Program-made: the position numbers and the translations under genes | Assembly (NCBI GenBank): GCA_964248365.1 | Contig: CAXTYC010000001.1 | Span: 64,001-128,000, forward strand | Source: an uncultured Chroococcidiopsis sp. | GTDB taxonomy: Bacteria; Cyanobacteriota; Cyanobacteriia; Cyanobacteriales; Chroococcidiopsidaceae | DNA length: 64,000 nucleotides | Direction: 5' to 3' | The notes under the pieces: model-generated | What the model was told of the DNA's origin: nothing | The model's database searches: none | The model's input: the letters and a program-made list of their open reading frames with translations, nothing else | In this document: one piece after another, positions 29,976-40,419 of the stretch | How positions within the stretch are numbered: the stretch's first letter is position 1 | How the letters are laid out: each line of letters begins with the position of its first letter

Positions 29976-31208
29976 ATGGACTGGACTACTCCATTAAGAG
30001 CGCAACAAGCTGATTTTATCCAAAGGCTGAAATCTGGTCATCTGCTTCATTGTGACACACAAGGTCAACACAGTGAATTAACAGTTATCTCAGGGGAGAG
30101 ATTAAAGCAGTTGCGTGACTTCTGCTGGGAAATGGCTGAAAAGTACAAGCGTAATTCTCAAGTTCGTGATGTTTTTATCAGCAATTTAAAGGGCAAACTA
30201 GCCGAGGAAGTTGTAAAAGCAAGGTTAGGAAATATTGTTACTGAAGTTGACTATGAAAAACGAATTGGAGGCGATGGCAAAGTAGATTTTAGGCTGGCTT
30301 GTGATCCATCTATTGGTATTCAAGTAAAAGCACGTCACGACACTATTGATTCAGTTCGATGGTCAATTAGCGAAGAGGAAGCTGATAAAAACGCTGCTTT
30401 GGTCTGCGTTTTGATTCAAGAGGAAGTGAATGAAGCGCAGTCAAAATATAATTTGATAATGGCTGGTTTTCTTTCAAATAAATACTTTCAAGAAAGTAAT
30501 AAACCCTCTTTCAATATAGATGAATTGTTATACAGCGGCGGCTTAAGCTGTTATCTAGATTTTATTACTTCTAAGAATTTCATCACTCAAAAGCAAGAAA
30601 TTAAATTGGACGAATTTCAATTAAAAGGCACAGAAATATGTAATATAATTACAACTGATTATGTGGAGCTTGAAACTTGTAGGAAACAAATTGAGAAATT
30701 AAATATTGCCAAAGCATACTATGAAAGCGGAAAGCAGCATCAAGCTTTAAAGGATAAGCATAAAGCAAGTGAATATTTCCAAATGTCAGCACAACTGTTG
30801 TGCGATAATCAAAGCGAAGAGTTAGCTAAATGGACTCCTTTCGAGTTAGGTGAATCAAATAGAGAAGAAGCAATTTGTTACATAAAAATATATCTTGCTC
30901 ATGGAAACTATAATGAAAAAAGGTTAGCAGCTTCAGCTATCTATAAACTTGCTAATAGATTCAAGACAAGCTGTAATTTAGCTATTCCCTACCTGTTGAA
31001 TAACTTATCCGCTCCACTTCCCCAAGTGCGGCAGTATACTTTGAAAGCCCTGAGTATACTTGATTTGCCAAGCTCTGCTGTTTTAAAAATAAAAGAAATT
31101 GCTGAAAATGATTCAAAAGAATACAACAGGATTTTAGCAGAATCTATATTGCTAAAATTGAGCAATCTTAAAAAAGCCTCTTTCGGAATTGAAGTAGAGC
31201 AATTCTGA
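29976..31208 (+). CDS. Hypothetical protein: restriction endonuclease-like N-terminal domain plus TPR/HEAT-like C-terminus
   Basis: GKLAEEVV..DGKVDF..IQVK; helical repeats NEKRLAASAIYKL and PQVRQYTLKAL; start taken at MDWTTPL. Confidence 0.65.
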   Translation: MDWTTPLRAQQADFIQRLKSGHLLHCDTQGQHSELTVISGERLKQLRDFCWEMAEKYKRNSQVRDVFISNLKGKLAEEVVKARLGNIVTEVDYEKRIGGDGKVDFRLACDPSIGIQVKARHDTIDSVRWSISEEEADKNAALVCVLIQEEVNEAQSKYNLIMAGFLSNKYFQESNKPSFNIDELLYSGGLSCYLDFITSKNFITQKQEIKLDEFQLKGTEICNIITTDYVELETCRKQIEKLNIAKAYYESGKQHQALKDKHKASEYFQMSAQLLCDNQSEELAKWTPFELGESNREEAICYIKIYLAHGNYNEKRLAASAIYKLANRFKTSCNLAIPYLLNNLSAPLPQVRQYTLKALSILDLPSSAVLKIKEIAENDSKEYNRILAESILLKLSNLKKASFGIEVEQF

Positions 31209-31280
31209 TTCAAAGATGCGATCGCCCACCTCCCCAGCTACGATAAACTAGCAATAACACCGTTTCCCTGCACTATTGCC

Positions 31281-32000
31281 ATGTCTGTCGCCAAAGATTT
31301 CGAGATTTCCGCAGACTCAGGGGAAGATATTATCATTCCACCTGGCGATTTATGGAGTGATGAACCGCCCTTGGAAAGTGACTTGCATCGTATTCAGATA
31401 GATCTGCTGATAAACTGCCTGGAATGGTGGTGGCGTAACCGTAATGACTTTTATGCCAGTGGAAATCTGACAATTTATTTCAGTCCCGACCAAATAAAAT
31501 CAAGAGACTTTCGAGGACCTGACTTTTTTGTAGTGTTGGGAACCGAACGCAAACCTCGTAAAAGTTGGGTGCTTTGGGCAGAAGGCGGCAAGTATCCCAA
31601 TCTGATTGTAGAAATTCTCTCAGATAGTACCGCTGCTATTGACAGAGGATTGAAGAAACAACTTTATCAAGATACCTTTCGCACTCCTGATTATTTCTGG
31701 TTTGACCCCCAAAGCCTCGAATTTGCTGGGTTTCACTTAGTCGATGGACAGTACCAACCGCTAGAACCAAATCCCCAAGGTTGGTTGTGGAGTCAGCAGT
31801 TAGAGCTATATCTGGGTATCTATGAGAGAAAGTTGCGCTTTTTTACCAATGAGGGGCGTATGCTTCCCACACTTGCAGAAGTGGGTGAGGATGAAAGGCA
31901 GCAGAAGGAATTAGCACAAGCTAGAGCCGAACAAGAGGCACAACGAGCCGAACGCTATTCGGCGCTCCTCAAGGACTTGGGTATTGATCCACAAGTCTAA
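31281..32000 (+). CDS. Uma2-family endonuclease
   Basis: SDEPPLESDLH, FRGPDFFVV, PNLIVEILS, TPDYFWFDP. Confidence 0.92.
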   Translation: MSVAKDFEISADSGEDIIIPPGDLWSDEPPLESDLHRIQIDLLINCLEWWWRNRNDFYASGNLTIYFSPDQIKSRDFRGPDFFVVLGTERKPRKSWVLWAEGGKYPNLIVEILSDSTAAIDRGLKKQLYQDTFRTPDYFWFDPQSLEFAGFHLVDGQYQPLEPNPQGWLWSQQLELYLGIYERKLRFFTNEGRMLPTLAEVGEDERQQKELAQARAEQEAQRAERYSALLKDLGIDPQV

Positions 32001-32310
32001 AAACCACGAGTCCAACACAACTATAGTGCGATCGCTCCTCGCCCTGTCTTGCGATCGCTCTTTTTTGTAGAACTAAACCCAGCCTGAGCCTTCAGTACAA
32101 AATGCACTCCCTTTTGACATATCAAACTCTACTATTGCGCTCCCTATATGGCACAATAAATAAAATCCTACGAGTGCTGCTGCCAGAATAGATACAATTT
32201 AACCACTACTACCTTAAATCACCATCTCCCTTAACATAATTCTAAATCTTTTTACCAACCATAAATACTTTTTTAAAATTTGGCAACTATCCACTTACCG
32301 AAGTGAAAAT

Positions 32311-32625
32311 ATGAAAAGTAAATCCGAAGGTCTTCGCGTTGCTGCTACCGCAATCATCTGGGGTTTCGCTACGGGTATGCTGGTAATTTGTATTCCACTG
32401 GTAGGTATGACTGGAACTCCAGTTCTTCCCCTAGCTGTGATTATAGGTGCTGCTGTTAGTACTGTTGTGGTTTGGCGTAGCTCTGAGCGCAAACCTCGAA
32501 ATCAACCTTTTTTAACCAGTACCATGCAACAAATAGAGCAACGAGTAGGTAATTTGGAAACGATTGTTAGTAATCAAGAATTAGATCTAGATAATAAGAT
32601 AAAAAGGTTAAATTCAAAGGATTAA
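32311..32625 (+). CDS. Small membrane protein (2 TM plus coiled coil)
   Basis: IWGFATGMLVICIP, LAVIIGAAVSTVVVW, IEQRVGNLETIV. Confidence 0.75.
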   Translation: MKSKSEGLRVAATAIIWGFATGMLVICIPLVGMTGTPVLPLAVIIGAAVSTVVVWRSSERKPRNQPFLTSTMQQIEQRVGNLETIVSNQELDLDNKIKRLNSKD

Positions 32626-32900
32626 ATAGAAACAATTATATTATCGTAATTTACGCTGTATTGACGTACACTTTTGCGTTTCTACAAACGTAATATCACA
32701 TAATAAATAACTTATTTTAACATCATATCTAAAGAAATATACGTTTTATTTTACCATACTTTTTTTTAAAAAACAAATAATAAAGTTATCTGAGAATTTG
32801 TAGTAAAACTACTTAATTACTTGCGGTATAAATCTAATGATAGATGACGGTATAACTTGTTACTTTTTTAATATAAATATAGTTGTTTTTCAGTAATTGG

Positions 32901-33623
32901 ATGCTTACATCAACGCAGCAGGTCAAAGATATCTTCTTTTGTCCAGAAGAATCTAGTTTTTATGCATATTGCTTAGAGACATTAGTGTTAAATCAGTGTA
33001 TTGACACAGAATCAATTATTGAATTTGGCTCAGGTGATGGTAGTCCGGTTATTCAATCTCTGCTTAGAGCAAATTTTAATGGTATAGTTCATGGTTTTGA
33101 GCTTAATAAGCTAGCTTGTGCAGAGGCAAATTCAAAAATAGAAGAATATGGATTAGGAAAAAAATACCTAATTCACAATCGCTCTTTCTTTGATTCAGGG
33201 CGACCGAAGGCTAAGTATCTAGTATCAAATCCTCCCTATTTACCTGCATTAGATAATAAACTATATCAACCTCTATTGCATGGTGGAAAAGATGGAATTA
33301 CAGTTACTCAAAAACTTTTAGCCTTAGATTATGAAAATGTCTTAGTGATGGTTTCTAGTTATTCTAATCCAGAGGGTTTGATTGATTACGCTATCACAAA
33401 AGGATACCACACTTCTAATTTTCTCGTCTCGCCTTTACAGTTTGGCTATTACAGTTCTGAGCCAAAGGTGATGGATAGAATTGGGGAAATGAAAAAACAT
33501 AACATGGCTTTTTGCACGAAAAATATCTATTTGTTAGCAGGTGTTTTGTTTAGCAAGCGACATCAAGCAGCATCTGATTTATCCAATGAACTATTGCAGA
33601 TAATGACATCACTTCATGAGTGA
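32901..33623 (+). CDS. Class I SAM-dependent methyltransferase with NPPY motif
   Basis: IIEFGSGDG motif I, SNPPY, GGKDG. Confidence 0.85.
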   Translation: MLTSTQQVKDIFFCPEESSFYAYCLETLVLNQCIDTESIIEFGSGDGSPVIQSLLRANFNGIVHGFELNKLACAEANSKIEEYGLGKKYLIHNRSFFDSGRPKAKYLVSNPPYLPALDNKLYQPLLHGGKDGITVTQKLLALDYENVLVMVSSYSNPEGLIDYAITKGYHTSNFLVSPLQFGYYSSEPKVMDRIGEMKKHNMAFCTKNIYLLAGVLFSKRHQAASDLSNELLQIMTSLHE

Positions 33624-33721
33624 TTAAGGTAAAGGGTGAATAAACAGACGTAACAGTGCTACGCCTGTACTGGTTGTTCTCATTCCCAGGCTCAGCCTGG
33701 GAATGAGAATTCTACTCATTA

Positions 33722-34807
33722 CTATTTGGCTGTCTGCTCTGCAAGACGTGCCTCGCGCACGATGGCTGCACCTGCGCGATCGCCCATTAGCTTTTCTTGG
33801 TCGTATCCTAGTACTAATTCCCAAGCATCATGGGGATATCGATCTGCTAGGGGTAATGCAACATCATCCAACATCCAACGTCCGTGTCGTTCGTCTTCTC
33901 TGATGTGCAGTTCCCAATATCCCATAGCAGCTGATGATAATCCCAGCCGTTGCGCTGCTGCTAAATAATTTCTATATGCCGCAGGTCCTGCGACTTCAAA
34001 ATATGTTAATCCTCCATTGTAGCGCAAGAAATAGCGTTTACGCTCGGTCAGGAGGAAATTATGATTAGCACTAGCTAAGACTTCCCAAGGAACTAGATCA
34101 AAGTATGCCTCTGGTTCGGTGTGCATCCCAAACTCAGACAGCATTTGAGCGAAATAGGTAGAATGCTTGCGCGACAAGCGACCGTTGCCGTATTCTTCTA
34201 GCAGTACTCGAAAGAGTGTTGCCTGTACTTCGTTGGCAGCACCACCAAGGATACTGCACATTCGGCTTCCTTCAACTAAGCCGTCGAAAGAACCGATAGC
34301 TAGCACTCGGCGGTATCCTGCTTGTGTCATCTGTTCGCGCAAATACCGACTATCCTCAGACAAAGGTGGAGCGAGATCCTTTTCGCCACGCTCAATTAAT
34401 GCTTGCTTGACTGATGTAACATCTAATTGTTGCAGCTGGGCTACGTCGAGGTGGGATAATTCCCACTCTTGCCAAGATGCTTCGATGCGATCGCGCACAC
34501 TATGTAAATATTCAGAACGCTCGTTGGTATAATGTCGTAAGTCGTCATACCAAAATAGTTTGAGGCGGTTGATGCGATAAAGTACCCGTTGCAAAAACAG
34601 GTGCGGGGCATCAGAACTGTTTTGTTCTGCGTATGCTTCTTTTATTGCCGATGCGAGCGCGATTTCAAATTGATTTGCAATTGCAGGATCTGCATTCAGT
34701 TTTTTGTCTAGATCCTCCAATTCGAGCAGTTGGATGAATTGCTGCTCGGCTTCATCGTAGTTAATTTGTGCTGTTTGCTCGGTTAAAGTAGCGATGTTGC
34801 TGGGCAT
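33722..34807 (-). CDS. Iron-containing redox enzyme (heme-oxygenase-like diiron family)
   Basis: LLEEYG..KH, YFE, LHIREDERHG metal-ligand pattern. Confidence 0.85.
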   Translation of the reverse strand: MPSNIATLTEQTAQINYDEAEQQFIQLLELEDLDKKLNADPAIANQFEIALASAIKEAYAEQNSSDAPHLFLQRVLYRINRLKLFWYDDLRHYTNERSEYLHSVRDRIEASWQEWELSHLDVAQLQQLDVTSVKQALIERGEKDLAPPLSEDSRYLREQMTQAGYRRVLAIGSFDGLVEGSRMCSILGGAANEVQATLFRVLLEEYGNGRLSRKHSTYFAQMLSEFGMHTEPEAYFDLVPWEVLASANHNFLLTERKRYFLRYNGGLTYFEVAGPAAYRNYLAAAQRLGLSSAAMGYWELHIREDERHGRWMLDDVALPLADRYPHDAWELVLGYDQEKLMGDRAGAAIVREARLAEQTAK

Positions 34808-35025
34808 CTATATCTTGTTCATACTAGTATAACTCAATACTATTTTCGATGATCGCCACATTTGGTTACATCTACCAAAGTGGTAGTTTATAATTCTGTA
34901 AACAGAAAGATGTCTCCTTGTGCGATCGCACTGTGCAACTGCGGCTAGGCTGATCCAAACAAAAGATCAAGGGTGTTGCATACTATTGTGATGATCGTGT
35001 CACGCAAAGACGCAAAGGCGCAAAG

Positions 35026-35811
35026 GTGAGAAGAGAAGATTGCTTTTTTGTGCAACGCCAGGTAAGTTTGTTTTTTTCAGGCTGTGTCTTGGTTGTGCAA
35101 GTGTTTGTTTTCAGTATTGCTAATCCTGTTATAGCTAGTGTAAAAACTCAAACTCTATGCTACAATGCTAATTCCCAATTTCAACCAATTACAGATAAAA
35201 TTTCCTCGCAACCACGTATTGTAAAAGTGGTACAGCTATGGGTGGGAAAACCTGATCAAGGATTTCGTGCTGATGGCTTTGTACCCGAAGGTGCGATCGC
35301 CACAACTAATATAGCTTTAGATGGTTTAAACTCAAGTGTGCGTAGTCGCGCCACCAACCTCACAGCCTTAATTGCATTGGCTATGTTAGGCGAAGTTGAG
35401 CGAGCAGATTTAGCAATTTTTAATGCTGGTGCAATTCGGATTGATGGCTATATTCCACCTGGTTTAATTACCCAGAATGATATTATTCGTATTTTCCCAT
35501 TTGGTGGCAAAATATTAGCTGTAGAAATGAAGGGTAGTTTATTAGAAAGAGTGTTGGAACAAGGACGAGCTAACCGAGGCACAGGCGGTTATTTGCAAAC
35601 AGCTAATGTGAGTAAAAAACAGAATTTCACCACCTGGTTAATTGGAGGAGAACCTCTCGATCCAAGTCGTAATTATCGAGTGGCAATTAATGATTTTTTG
35701 ATGAGTGGTAAAGAGAAAGGTTTGGAATTTTTGAATTTTAATCAAAAGGGAGTGAAGTTAATTGCCCAAAGGCGTGATATTCGCTTGGCTGTGATTTCGC
35801 AGCTAAGATAA
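35026..35811 (+). CDS. 5'-nucleotidase C-terminal domain protein (start uncertain)
   Basis: NAGAIR..IPPGLIT..DI..IFPF, GGYLQ, PLDP...YRVAINDFL.SG; no phosphatase N-domain. Confidence 0.75.
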   Translation: MRREDCFFVQRQVSLFFSGCVLVVQVFVFSIANPVIASVKTQTLCYNANSQFQPITDKISSQPRIVKVVQLWVGKPDQGFRADGFVPEGAIATTNIALDGLNSSVRSRATNLTALIALAMLGEVERADLAIFNAGAIRIDGYIPPGLITQNDIIRIFPFGGKILAVEMKGSLLERVLEQGRANRGTGGYLQTANVSKKQNFTTWLIGGEPLDPSRNYRVAINDFLMSGKEKGLEFLNFNQKGVKLIAQRRDIRLAVISQLR

Positions 35812-35839
35812 GGTGGGCATGGGTTGCCTGCATTTACTT

Positions 35840-36208
35840 TTAAACTTTTCGCATATTATTGCTATTGGGATCAAAACCACGCGAAAACCTGGTAGTTTGG
35901 TCGTAGCAGGCTCCACTAAAATTAGCTCCATACAGCTTGGCATTGTTTAGTCTAGCTTGCCGAAGATTAGCGTCACTCAGTTTGGCTCCACACAAGTTGG
36001 CTCTAGTCAAGTTGGCTTTGACTAGGTTAGCGCCACATAAGTTGGCTCCCCATAGTTTTGCTCTAGCTAGGTTAGCACCCTCCAAGTTGGCTCCCCACAA
36101 GTTGACTCCCGCTAAGTTAACTCCAATTAGCCTAGCGTTGACTAGGTTAGCTCCCGTAAAGTCTCGTTCCCCCGCAGCATAACGCCGCTTTAGTTCCTCA
36201 GTATCCAT
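35840..36208 (-). CDS. Pentapeptide repeat protein
   Basis: YAAGERDF followed by A(N/K)LxG repeats. Confidence 0.93.
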   Translation of the reverse strand: MDTEELKRRYAAGERDFTGANLVNARLIGVNLAGVNLWGANLEGANLARAKLWGANLCGANLVKANLTRANLCGAKLSDANLRQARLNNAKLYGANFSGACYDQTTRFSRGFDPNSNNMRKV

Positions 36209-36253
36209 AGTTGGTTTTTATAGTGCGATCGCAGCCTACTTTGATCTTGGCAT

Positions 36254-38485
36254 TTATAGCCAAAACTGGCGATCGCCTTCCAGCATTCCGCTGAAATTTA
36301 TTCCCTTTAGCCGTAAATAAGCAATGCTGTCAGCGCCATAGAGCGGCATTGGCAGACGAGGTGTTTGTAACGCTCCATGATGAAGTAATGTCAGTTTAAG
36401 TGTTGTTTCTAGAATATCTTCAATTGGTACTTGATATCCTTCCTCACGAACTGTCAAGCGCAAGGGACGAGCCAAACCTACTCTTTCAGAAACCTTGGTT
36501 GTCACTAAAACTGCTTCACGACATGAAAAGCGAAGCGCCAAACCTTTTTCTGGTGCTGATACAATTTTTTGATTCAGGTTATACAGTCGGGGATTATAAG
36601 ACTTGCGACACTCTACCAGAACAAACCTCGCTCCAATTGCTTTTGCCCATGCCTTTAAATTCTCCGCTTCCTTACCACGAAAAACTCCATCTCGATAAAT
36701 TAGAATAGTTTTACCTCTCAGTTGGGATTCTCCTAGCAATGTCTCTAAAAATTTTTGCGGAATTTCTTCGCCTTCAAGTGTCGAATCATCTTCCAACTGA
36801 TAGCGAATGAACTCTCCTTGTTTCCCATAAAGACGTACACTGGCACAAGCATTCCTAGTTCCAGGCAAACTTTGCTTAGCCTTTCTAGAAATATCCAAGC
36901 CAACAAAATAGTCAGCTATCTCTAACGGTTCAGCTAGAACAAAAGGCAAGTTACCCAGCTTTGCCAGCATCCCTGGAATTACTTGATTAAGAATTTGTCT
37001 ATGCTCAACACTACTCAATGTATCGGCATAAATAACTTGGCTAGCAATACCACGCCGCATTAGCTTTGAGTAGATACGATGATATAAACTGCCACCTTCT
37101 TCATTATCAGTATTGCGATCACTCTGAGGTAAAAATGTTAAAACAATATCAGTTGGAATCTCTATTGTTTCATTAATGGTTCTTTCTAACTCTGCTCTAG
37201 CATCAGCTCCTCTTAAGTTACTGATTACCACTGGCTTTTTAGTAACAACCTGACTATTAAACCCATAACTTCTCAAACGTTGTTGAACGCTATCTAAAAA
37301 AGGGTTAACAGTGAAGTCACAAATTTTCAAAGCCGCAATGCGAATCACGCTTGAGCGCTCGCGATAATGATCGTGACGGTAATAAACACCCCCACCATTT
37401 CGCTCAGATAATCCTTTAATAATTTCACCTCTCTTACCTATAAAACCTTTTCCAAAAAGTAGTGGTGTTTCATCAAGCTTGTGCGGTAATTGCCAAAATA
37501 ACGTTTTATAATCACGGCTGTTGATACTACGTTCTAACTGAAATCCATAAGTGGCTAGAGCAGTTTCAGCTTTTTGTCTATAAGAAGCTAAGAGGGCTGT
37601 TCGGTCTTTGTGGGAAATCTTGGTTGCCTTGAGTAACTTACCATAATCCACCTCGAAGCTGTCAGCAGTTTCAGCTGTAACCACAGGACGCAGTAGTACT
37701 AAGGGATAGTCACGCGATTCTCTATTTTTAAACTGTACAGTGACTAGGGGTTGGCTGTCAGGAGCAACTTTCAGTGCTTGTTTACTGATTTCACGAGTTG
37801 CCCTCTTGATTAGTCTTTCTCTGTGTTGTCCTACTGTTCCTACCCAGCGAGTGATAGTACCGTAACTATCTGTATCTATATCTCGAACATTTAAACCGTT
37901 TAAAAGCTCCTCTAAATTCTGCTTATTGGAATGATTTTGATAAAAATCTTCTAAATTACCTCGGTAAAGTACACTACTGTGAATTGTTAAAGCAAGAGCA
38001 GGCTGTAACTGTCCCTGTATTTCAATTGTTTCTGCCCAAAATTCAAGCTCGCGTCTCACATCAACCATGTTGTCAGATTCGACAGGTTTACTGGGAAGGA
38101 TTTTTGTTTTTCTTAAAACCTGGAAAGCCATCTGAGACAAAATATAAGGTGTTAATTGCCACTGACTTACTAATTCAACTGAGTAGTAGCGGTCACCAAA
38201 ATCAGTCAATTTTTCTTGAGTATTTTCGAGAGTATCCTGCCATTCTTTTTGTGTAGGCATGGAAATATTAGCCATCCCCAAGGCATAGAAATATTTATCA
38301 TGCTCCTGCCAAACAACAACCATTCCAGTTAAGTTACGACTGAGATGAAAACTCAAGCGATTGCCGTCTTCTTTACTAATTTCTGGAATTAGTCGAAAGC
38401 AGCACCAATTAGGTTGTAGAATGTTAAGCGGGAAAACTTCACTCAAAAATGTGGAAGCTTGGGAAACTGAAACAGTGCTTGTCAC
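36254..38485 (-). CDS. Long prokaryotic Argonaute with intact catalytic tetrad
   Basis: 743 aa; MID region Y..GIASQVI..AKLG; PIWI GLDIS (D), GEEI (E), YRDG (D), [11 protein letters not shown] (D). Confidence 0.93.
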   Translation of the reverse strand: MTSTVSVSQASTFLSEVFPLNILQPNWCCFRLIPEISKEDGNRLSFHLSRNLTGMVVVWQEHDKYFYALGMANISMPTQKEWQDTLENTQEKLTDFGDRYYSVELVSQWQLTPYILSQMAFQVLRKTKILPSKPVESDNMVDVRRELEFWAETIEIQGQLQPALALTIHSSVLYRGNLEDFYQNHSNKQNLEELLNGLNVRDIDTDSYGTITRWVGTVGQHRERLIKRATREISKQALKVAPDSQPLVTVQFKNRESRDYPLVLLRPVVTAETADSFEVDYGKLLKATKISHKDRTALLASYRQKAETALATYGFQLERSINSRDYKTLFWQLPHKLDETPLLFGKGFIGKRGEIIKGLSERNGGGVYYRHDHYRERSSVIRIAALKICDFTVNPFLDSVQQRLRSYGFNSQVVTKKPVVISNLRGADARAELERTINETIEIPTDIVLTFLPQSDRNTDNEEGGSLYHRIYSKLMRRGIASQVIYADTLSSVEHRQILNQVIPGMLAKLGNLPFVLAEPLEIADYFVGLDISRKAKQSLPGTRNACASVRLYGKQGEFIRYQLEDDSTLEGEEIPQKFLETLLGESQLRGKTILIYRDGVFRGKEAENLKAWAKAIGARFVLVECRKSYNPRLYNLNQKIVSAPEKGLALRFSCREAVLVTTKVSERVGLARPLRLTVREEGYQVPIEDILETTLKLTLLHHGALQTPRLPMPLYGADSIAYLRLKGINFSGMLEGDRQFWL

Positions 38486-39294
38486 GTACTAACCTCAGAA
38501 ACAGAAAATTCACAAATACGGCTAAATGGACAGAATTGACAACTGTAACCAGGATTAGGTGGAAAAATTCGTTTAAACTCTGCTGGTTTTTGTTTATAAC
38601 ATCGCAAATCTTTTTGATGCTGCCCAGAGATGCGTACTAATTCGATCTGGATAGCATTCAATTGAGCAGGTGTTGCAGTAATTCGCTCAGACCACTTACC
38701 AGTTTCTAAGTTGTAGAATGAGGCTATAGCTGGTTGCTGTGGGTAAAGATAGCTAGCTGCTAGTAGATAAACAAATCCCTGTCGCCGATCGAAGTCAGTT
38801 TTACCAGTCTTGAAGTCTAAAATATGTAGTGTGCCATCTTGTTCTTCAAAGATACAATCAATAGCAGCATATAAATTAAAGATGTAACTGCCCTGCTGAA
38901 TCAAAATTGGTTCTGGAAATCCTTCATCACCTCGGTTCAACTGTATAATGTTTTTTCCAAGAAGAATTGGATTATCGAAATAGTTTTTTAAGATTTTAAT
39001 TACTCGCTGCTGCACATTAGCTGGCTGTTCATTTAGTTGCAGAATCTGTGCAACTTGCTCCACACCATCCTTGCAGTAAAATACTTGACGGTTTTGATGA
39101 AATTCATAAATCCCTCTTTGAGCTAGATGACCAATTAACTGAGGTGTATTGTCTTGAGCCAATAATTCTGCTACTTGAGGTTCTTGTTTTCGAGCCTTAG
39201 TAAAGCCCCGCTTCATATCACAATGGCAACTTTCTTGCCCTATAGGTGGCCAAAATAATAACCAAAGATTATAACTTGCAAATGGTAGCCACAT
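38482..39294 (-). CDS. Cas4-like/RecB-family PD-(D/E)XK nuclease with predicted Fe-S cluster (ACE-type Argonaute partner)
   Basis: AIDCIF..ILDFKTG..RQGFVY; N-terminal Cys (CHC) plus C-terminal [14 protein letters not shown] overlap with the Argonaute start. Confidence 0.87.
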   Translation of the reverse strand: MWLPFASYNLWLLFWPPIGQESCHCDMKRGFTKARKQEPQVAELLAQDNTPQLIGHLAQRGIYEFHQNRQVFYCKDGVEQVAQILQLNEQPANVQQRVIKILKNYFDNPILLGKNIIQLNRGDEGFPEPILIQQGSYIFNLYAAIDCIFEEQDGTLHILDFKTGKTDFDRRQGFVYLLAASYLYPQQPAIASFYNLETGKWSERITATPAQLNAIQIELVRISGQHQKDLRCYKQKPAEFKRIFPPNPGYSCQFCPFSRICEFSVSEVST

Positions 39295-39307
39295 ATTTGG
39301 TATCAAT

Positions 39308-39889
39308 TTAAGCTTCAGTAATACATAGTTGGCAATCAGTTTGTTGCTGCTTCCAACCATGCTGTATTGCTACTCGCTTCAAAACTGACTTGATAGTTGT
39401 TGGAGAAGCAGAAGACATCATAATACTGGGATAAACTGCTCTACCCCATTCATGATGCTCTAGGGTACGGCAATTATTATGAACCATCGGCAACCCAAGT
39501 AAAGCTTTAACTACAGCACTATCGTCATGAGAAATTTGTCCTGAGCGCGAGAGTAGAGGATAGCCACTGCGGGAGTCGATCAAGTCTGTTAAAAATCCGC
39601 GCTCGCGCAGTTTAAACATCACTTCCAAGCCGAAGCGTTTAAACTTTTCCCGCAGTCGCTCTTTTTCCCTTTCGATATGAGGTGTAGTTTCTACTAGCTC
39701 ATATCGGGATTGCTGCAAGACAACTATAACCCACACAACAGGCAAATTCCAATCTGGTATAACTCGCTCTAAATTTTGGGCAATAAACCGACTGGGCAGA
39801 TGAATTGAAACCTGCACTGCCTGTCCTGTTTCTGTAACCAGGTAGATTGGAAAAGTTTGTGGTGACGTATATAGTTTTGAAGAGTTCAT
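39308..39889 (-). CDS. MMADHC/CblD-like protein
   Basis: [33 protein letters not shown] pattern. Confidence 0.7.
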   Translation of the reverse strand: MNSSKLYTSPQTFPIYLVTETGQAVQVSIHLPSRFIAQNLERVIPDWNLPVVWVIVVLQQSRYELVETTPHIEREKERLREKFKRFGLEVMFKLRERGFLTDLIDSRSGYPLLSRSGQISHDDSAVVKALLGLPMVHNNCRTLEHHEWGRAVYPSIMMSSASPTTIKSVLKRVAIQHGWKQQQTDCQLCITEA

Positions 39890-39977
39890 GAAGTTTTAGA
39901 AATTCCTTATTACCTCAAATTATTTCGTACATAATATCCTGCTAATCAAGCCCTAATTAAAGTTGATTTTTTCCTCA

Positions 39978-40019
39978 TGTTGCTTGTTTAATCAACACAA
40001 TCGTTCACTTGTTAGTGAA
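39978..40019. promoter_or_regulatory. Candidate operators in the divergent promoter region
   Basis: TGTTG-N10-CAACA at 39978-39997 and TTCACT-N4-AGTGAA at 40004-40019. Confidence 0.4.
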
Positions 40020-40056
40020 GTTTAGAATGATTTGTGTCCAATAAAAAAAAATATAT

Positions 40057-40419
40057 ATGGAAGCAAGTTTTGGTCAACTTATACGTCAAGCGCGTAGGAA
40101 TAAAGGTTATAGCCAACGCCAACTTGCAGATCTAGTGCATTTAGATTTCACATACTTATCCAAATTAGAAAACAATCGTGCTGAACATCCTCCTAGTGAG
40201 GAAGCAATTCGATCACTGGCACAGCATTTAGATCTGCCAAATGAGGAAGAATTGATTTACCTTGCAGGTCGTATGCCTCAACGCGACCAAGAGCTTCTCA
40301 AGCCGAACTACAAATCTATGCCAGAACTATTTCGTAGGTTGCGAGAAGATCCTGAGTTTGCTCAAGAAATCCTTCGTCGGTCAGCTACACAGCCAGAAAG
40401 TGAGGACGAGCAAAGTTGA
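40057..40419 (+). CDS. XRE-family HTH transcriptional regulator
   Basis: FGQLIRQARR.KGYSQRQLA..LDFTYLSKLEN. Confidence 0.92.
   Translation: MEASFGQLIRQARRNKGYSQRQLADLVHLDFTYLSKLENNRAEHPPSEEAIRSLAQHLDLPNEEELIYLAGRMPQRDQELLKPNYKSMPELFRRLREDPEFAQEILRRSATQPESEDEQS

Noticed and set aside
38482..39294. Cas4-like gene as evidence of a CRISPR-Cas locus
   Set aside because: No cas1/cas2, effector genes or repeat-spacer array in the window; the gene is coupled to Argonaute
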